A stretch of 63,099 nucleotides of DNA, filler included, from Globobulimina sp. (taxonomy: Eukaryota), in NCBI GenBank assembly GCA_003354225.1. It is 37 parts of 37 records of this genome, joined end to end, with 100 filler letters (N's around TTAATTAATTAA, not from the genome) between each part and the next. Parts side by side here need not be neighbours in the genome. Positions count along the whole stretch, not along the records: positions 58,079 to 59,685 come from PIVH01014184.1; positions 59,786 to 61,392 come from PIVH01014185.1; positions 61,493 to 63,099 come from PIVH01014186.1; 34 more parts are not named here. One strand, given 5' to 3'. Position numbers and translations under genes: made by a program. The notes beneath the pieces were generated by a model. The model was given only the letters and a program-made list of their open reading frames with translations, had not been told where the DNA came from and did not search any database. Every line of letters begins with the position of its first letter. Within the stretch, counting starts at the first letter, position 1. This document shows, piece by piece, positions 58,315 through 63,099 of the stretch.

Positions 58315-59106
58315 TCAGTCTTGTGTTTTGTGTAGAAAAATGTTGTTTATTCCATCATCCGAACACCCATACAATGAAGGATCAATCTTACAAATTGATG
58401 CTGACGTATCTTTGTAATAAAATAAAAACTGTGGAACCCATCCTTCATTATTGGTTATTTTGTTTGGTATATTACAAACGTATTCACTTCCGATAGATTC
58501 ATCATTTGCAGATGTTTTATCATCCAATGATAATATTTTAAATGATAATGTATTCTCAGTACAATCCAATTTTAAATCCAATAATATATAACGAAACTGT
58601 CCTTGAAATCTAAATGGAGGTTTAACAGTTGTTTGCTTTCGGGCAGCATATAAATGTCCCGTAGAATACCATCCATATACAAGTGTTGAGGTATATGAGG
58701 TATTTTCAATAATAGCATCGAATGGTGATACACTCCACATTATATCCCGTCTGTCTTTATTGTCAATATTAAATCTGAATACATGAACACCGGTTTTTAT
58801 ACCACTTTGTAGGTCAGATACCATCCAACAAAAAGGACCATTTTTGTTTTTTGTTGCTTTACAATTATTATGAGTCAATTTAAATTGTGCTTTGCTATAT
58901 TTTTCACACACCATAGATGTGCTAAATTTTAATAATTCAGCATATCTATAATAAAAATCAAATATTAAGTTGTTTAAAGATTGAGGAAATATGTAATAAT
59001 CATTCTGTTTGTGCTCCTTCCTGATGTAACCATCAATCAATATTACAGCTTGAAGTTTACGACTCAGTGAACACTGTCGCCGCGGAGCTCGAGTTGTCAT
59101 TTGACC
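58315..59106 (-). CDS. SPRY/B30.2-like protein with an N-terminal GYIR...P..L motif
   Basis: LIDGYIRK...IFPQSLNNLIFDFY; IKTGVHVFRFNI; LKLDCTENTLSF; WVPQF. Confidence 0.7.
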   Translation of the reverse strand, partial: GQMTTRAPRRQCSLSRKLQAVILIDGYIRKEHKQNDYYIFPQSLNNLIFDFYYRYAELLKFSTSMVCEKYSKAQFKLTHNNCKATKNKNGPFCWMVSDLQSGIKTGVHVFRFNIDNKDRRDIMWSVSPFDAIIENTSYTSTLVYGWYSTGHLYAARKQTTVKPPFRFQGQFRYILLDLKLDCTENTLSFKILSLDDKTSANDESIGSEYVCNIPNKITNNEGWVPQFLFYYKDTSASICKIDPSLYGCSDDGINNIFLHKTQD

Positions 59107-59213
59107 CATGCGAGTGACACGACACAAGGTTGAAAAACTTCATTTACTTCAGTCCAGCACGAAAAATATTATACAGATTATTACACGAAAATTAGCAGTA
59201 GACGAACAATTTA

Positions 59214-59685
59214 TTATTTTATGGTGTATTGAACCGCTGGATCGGAGACAGCACACATCATAAAATAATAGGTTTTTGCTTTACCAATTTGTTGCTTTTT
59301 AATTAACTTTTTTTTCGATTTGTCATTCACCGTAAAATAAGAAACCATTAAATTATTAATATCCAATTTCACAATGACGCTTTCATTTGGATACCAATAT
59401 GGTTCTTCACTAAATCCGCAAAAATACGAATAAACACCAACTTGAGGCCAACATCCTTTATTTATTCCTTTCATTATCCACTGTTTCCGTTTTGTATCGG
59501 TTATGCCAATGCTGCACCGCACATTCCCCGCAGCTGCGTCTCCGTTTAATTTTACACATTTCACACTAAAGAAATGTACCCCTCCTTCATATTGGCTGCC
59601 TAAATATATTGCATACGGCCTAAATGGCTCATAGTTTGATCCCTTATTCCGTATTGTTGTGTTATTGTCGGTTAACTCCCAAATG
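59214..59685 (-). CDS. SPRY/B30.2-like protein, 5' partial, tandem paralogue
   Basis: GVHFFSVKC, SIGIT, VIVKLDINNLMVSYF. Confidence 0.65.
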
Positions 59686-59785
59686 NNNNNNNNNNNNNNN
59701 NNNNNNNNNNNNNNNNNNNNNNNNNNNNNTTAATTAATTAANNNNNNNNNNNNNNNNNNNNNNNNNNNNNNNNNNNNNNNNNNNN

Positions 59786-61392
59786 CGCCCAACTTCTGCC
59801 CATTCCGCATCCTCGGCGTTTAATAAAATGTGTCTTATTCCAAACTACCACCCCTTTCCTCAATGCTTCGTTTAATAAATCCAGTATACATTCTGCCGAC
59901 GGATGCATTGCTAATAAATCCTTACAATCCAACATTTTCTGCCTCATTTGCTCCAAACCATATTTATGTAAAATCGACGGATAAAGCTTTACCACGTCGA
60001 ACGACCAAACAATGAAATCCTTTCTATCTTTGATTTTCCACTGAATTCTTGGATTTTCATTGAATTCAATGACTCTCGTAACTAAATCTTTGGTGTCTTT
60101 GAGTAAAAATCCTTTTTTCAATTCTTTATTCCATATCGGCGTAATCAAATAATCTAAAAATTTGTCCGTTGGCTCCCAGAATGTACCAACAAAGGATGAT
60201 ATTAATCTAATTGACGGCTTTCGTTTATGTGTCTTCCATAATGCATACAAATACAATCCTTTCTACCCTCTGTAACGTTTAAAATATTCAATTTTTGGCA
60301 GCTCATAAACCCCTTCCAACTGTCCAAATAATCGTAACTTATTTTATTGTTATCGATCATAACAAATTTGCCGACGTTGCAAAATACAGTCAAATTTTCT
60401 GACTCTTTTTCATCTGAATCTAATCTGAAAGTGTTGGGTGATATTATTTCATCCAATTTATTGTAACACTTATAACTTATTTTAAATTTTTCCAATGGGA
60501 AAATCGCTGCTAACTTCGGGTCGGATTTGATCCAGCGATCATATGCTAATCTCAATAATTCGTAAATATTTGGGATATTATTATGAAATTTGATAACAAA
60601 CCAAAATAATTTGTCTTTTACCCGTTTTTTAATATTTTCTAACTCGTCTTCAATTTCTACCTTTTCATCGTCTTTTTTCTCATCAATATTTGCGAAATAT
60701 TTCTTTTTTCTTCTCTCTCGAATGAAATATGGTGATTTCCATATTTTTAACGCCTGTTTCTTTGTTAATTTGCTGTATTTATTAAAAATGTTATTTACTT
60801 GCCATACGTCGTGATTTCTTGCTATTAGATAGCTTTTATAGTTTCTCATTTGATTATCAATAAACTGGTCGTCACAGATACTTCTTATTCGTAACGCCGA
60901 TGACGAGATTGTGCCACGTTTTTGATGTCTAACGTGACACGAATCGTTTTCCAATGTGCAGTGCGTATCGGTGTCCTTCGAATGTACATCCACAGCGATG
61001 TCCCAACCCTCAAATTCTATATCTCCGAATTTTTTAATTTTTCTCTGTACCAAAAACTTCGTGTCCAATATTTCTAAATATTTACCGTTTTTGTCCGCGT
61101 CTCTGTCCACGAAATCGTAATCCAATGTAAATTGAATTGACTCATTTACTGCGTTCATCGCATATAATACGCATTTTAAATCAAAAATATCTCCGCAACC
61201 CGCTCCGAAAAAATCATCTCTAAATCTGCCATCCATCAAAACTTCCAACGCCGATTTCCTTTCAATCCACGCCCAATCTCGAAATAAATCGTCGTAAACT
61301 GCAATACATAAATCCGCGTAGCGACACGCCCAACTTCTGCCCATTCCGCATCCTCGGCGTTTAATAAAATGTGTCTTATTCCAAACTACCAC
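59786..61392 (-). mobile_element. Penelope-like reverse transcriptase, circularly permuted contig
   Basis: LYALWKTHK, RLISS, SFDVVKLYPSI, GCGMG, RFRDDFF, LEILD, K.TDTH..L...SCH; 66-bp identical contig ends. Confidence 0.9.
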
Positions 61393-61492
61393 NNNNNNNN
61401 NNNNNNNNNNNNNNNNNNNNNNNNNNNNNNNNNNNNTTAATTAATTAANNNNNNNNNNNNNNNNNNNNNNNNNNNNNNNNNNNNNNNNNNNN

Positions 61493-61893
61493 TGAATAGA
61501 AACATAGAAAGAGACAAAGAAAACATACCCTCCGCCTCCGCCGTCGCCATGATAGCCACCGCGAGCTCCGCCGCCGCCGCCGCCTCTGGCGGACTGTTCA
61601 TGTCTGCGGCCATATTTTGCCATTTGTACACCAATCCGGCGGCCATCCACCATTCTGCCATCCATAGATTTAGCATCGTCGGCATCTCTTTTATCATAAA
61701 ATCGTACAAAGCCAAAGCCACGAGATTCGCCATGGCGGTCTCGTGGAATATAAACGTCGGCGATATCGCCAAAGCGATCGAAGGTACGATATAATTCTTC
61801 TTTACGTGTTCTGTAGGATATGTTGAATACCATAATGCTGTGTAAATGGGAAATGTCAGGTGGCGTTCGGCCACGACGACCTCTATTACTCAT
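61493..61893 (-). CDS. SRSF2: SR splicing factor, SC35/SRSF2-like (RRM), 3' partial
   Basis: GRTPPDI...FDRFGDIADVYIPRDRHGESRGFGFVRFYDKRDADDA..MDGRMVDGR.I.VQMAKYGR. Confidence 0.9.
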
Positions 61894-62796
61894 TTTTGTT
61901 GTTGTAGGACTTCAATTGGTTTGACGCAAGGATGATCCTCGATGTTATTGTTACTGTCTAAAAAAAGGTTTTTTGCGTTTAAAAAATGTTAATGTTATGC
62001 AGTCATAAGTTATAAAATATAGGTCATAATTGATTATGATACAAACAGTCACAACAAAAAGGTGCATGTTTATCATTGCAAAGTGTCGACCAACAACTGG
62101 AATATTAAAGAAGAAAATATAATCAGAAACACGTTACTGCCAGCCGCGAAATAACACACTAAAATAATAATATTTAACAAACAAAACAAAAGCATCAACA
62201 AAAGAATTTCTGTTCGTTTATTGGACAACAACAAAAGAATTATCACTTTCGTGTAAAATGTCAACCAGTGTTTATGCAGTTTGCCGAGAAAGTGGTGTAC
62301 GTGGTCCCAGTGTATGGGGCACACTCAATAATATAAGATCTAAAATCAGATCTTTAGTCGGGTTAAAAGAAATTTGTTCACATTTCAGGTTAAAAAGAAA
62401 AACTACACATTTTGGTGCCCTGAGTCACTTCGGTTCGCAAAGGCAGAGTGATCCCCCGAAGTACCACATTATTTCACAAAATCATCTTTCGTTTCAATCT
62501 CCAAATTAGTTTTGTGAGATAATCCTTCATTTTGTATATTATTGATGTCATTTTTTAAAGTATATATGAGCAGAGCAGGAATGTCCTAATGCTTTACCCA
62601 AATACTTGAAAAAATGAAAAGACATAAAAAAGTCCCAATCTCATCCAATGCATTTTGTATATATATTTACAATATTTTGATACAATGTTTGAGATATAAT
62701 AAGTCACTGCTTTGACGAACATACAGTGCAAATGGCACATTCCTTCATATCAATTGCTGACTGTATGTCAGGACATTCCCGACTTATGCAATGTGA

Positions 62797-63072
62797 CTAT
62801 GTATTTAAAAATATTTCAACAGAAAAATTTCCAGAAAGTTCTGACCAAAAAAGACAACATACGGTTTTGAAATTGATGGTATGACTGCCAATAAATTCAT
62901 CTAATTTCACCACCATATCTTGTGCCAATTCTTCCCTTTCTTCTTTTAAAATACGTGCACAATCTTTTGTTACTTGATATCCAACTCCATATATTGACAA
63001 TCCGATAACAGATCCAATAACAGATCCACCAGCAATAAATGGACCACAATGAGTTAAAAACCGCCTGGACAT
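62797..63072 (-). CDS. Small hypothetical single-TM protein
   Basis: 91 aa with a Gly-rich TM (GGSVIGSVIGLSIYGVG). Confidence 0.45.
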   Translation of the reverse strand: MSRRFLTHCGPFIAGGSVIGSVIGLSIYGVGYQVTKDCARILKEEREELAQDMVVKLDEFIGSHTINFKTVCCLFWSELSGNFSVEIFLNT

Positions 63073-63099
63073 ATTAAAAGCGCTTTACCCAACATTAAC

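Noticed and set aside
18799-61392. A multi-gene system assembled from GIY-YIG, RT, exonuclease, kinase-PDE and so on
   Set aside because: These genes lie on different contigs ordered only by length; there is no evidence of linkage
1610-61492. Regularly spaced TTAATTAATTAA repeats with about 1.6-kb unique spacers, superficially array- or CRISPR-like
   Set aside because: Embedded in N runs of fixed length; an artificial concatenation linker. ORFs ending in X...LIN or X...N are artefacts of it

Overview
This window is not a contiguous locus. It consists of 37 unrelated contigs of about 1.6 kb (1609, 1608 and 1607 bp, sorted by length), joined by 100-bp artificial linkers (N44-TTAATTAATTAA-N44), so gene neighbourhood across a linker means nothing. 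Most contigs are AT-rich eukaryotic nuclear DNA with short GT-AG introns (about 50-125 nt). The gene families (Kelch and SPRY proteins carrying a GY[IV]R-LP motif, caspase-like, P/T-repeat membrane proteins, Cys-rich secreted proteins) suggest a foraminiferan or other rhizarian; this is inference. Several contigs carry short GC-richer, bacterial-looking pieces and are probably chimeras. Recognisable genes: tRNA-Ala(CGC), histone H1, an SRSF2-like SR protein, DEAD-box helicase, ABCD transporter, ArfGAP, CRAL-TRIO, CAP-Gly, GH78 rhamnosidase, clostripain, a PH-CHY-RING ligase, Penelope-like RT and GIY-YIG, and a DIRS RNase H relic. Most notable: (1) a Tudor/Agenet-rhodanese whose catalytic Cys codon is an in-frame TGA (candidate selenoprotein, missed by the ORF track); (2) a RecD2-type OB/HhH N-terminus fused to a DEDDh exonuclease; (3) a histone-H3-tail mimic on an F-box-like protein; (4) a kinase plus 2H-phosphodiesterase RNA end-healing enzyme; (5) a circularly permuted Penelope RT contig; (6) a MITE family with 3-bp TSDs and a Kolobok-like non-autonomous transposon. 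All domain calls come from motif recognition by eye; no database searches were run.
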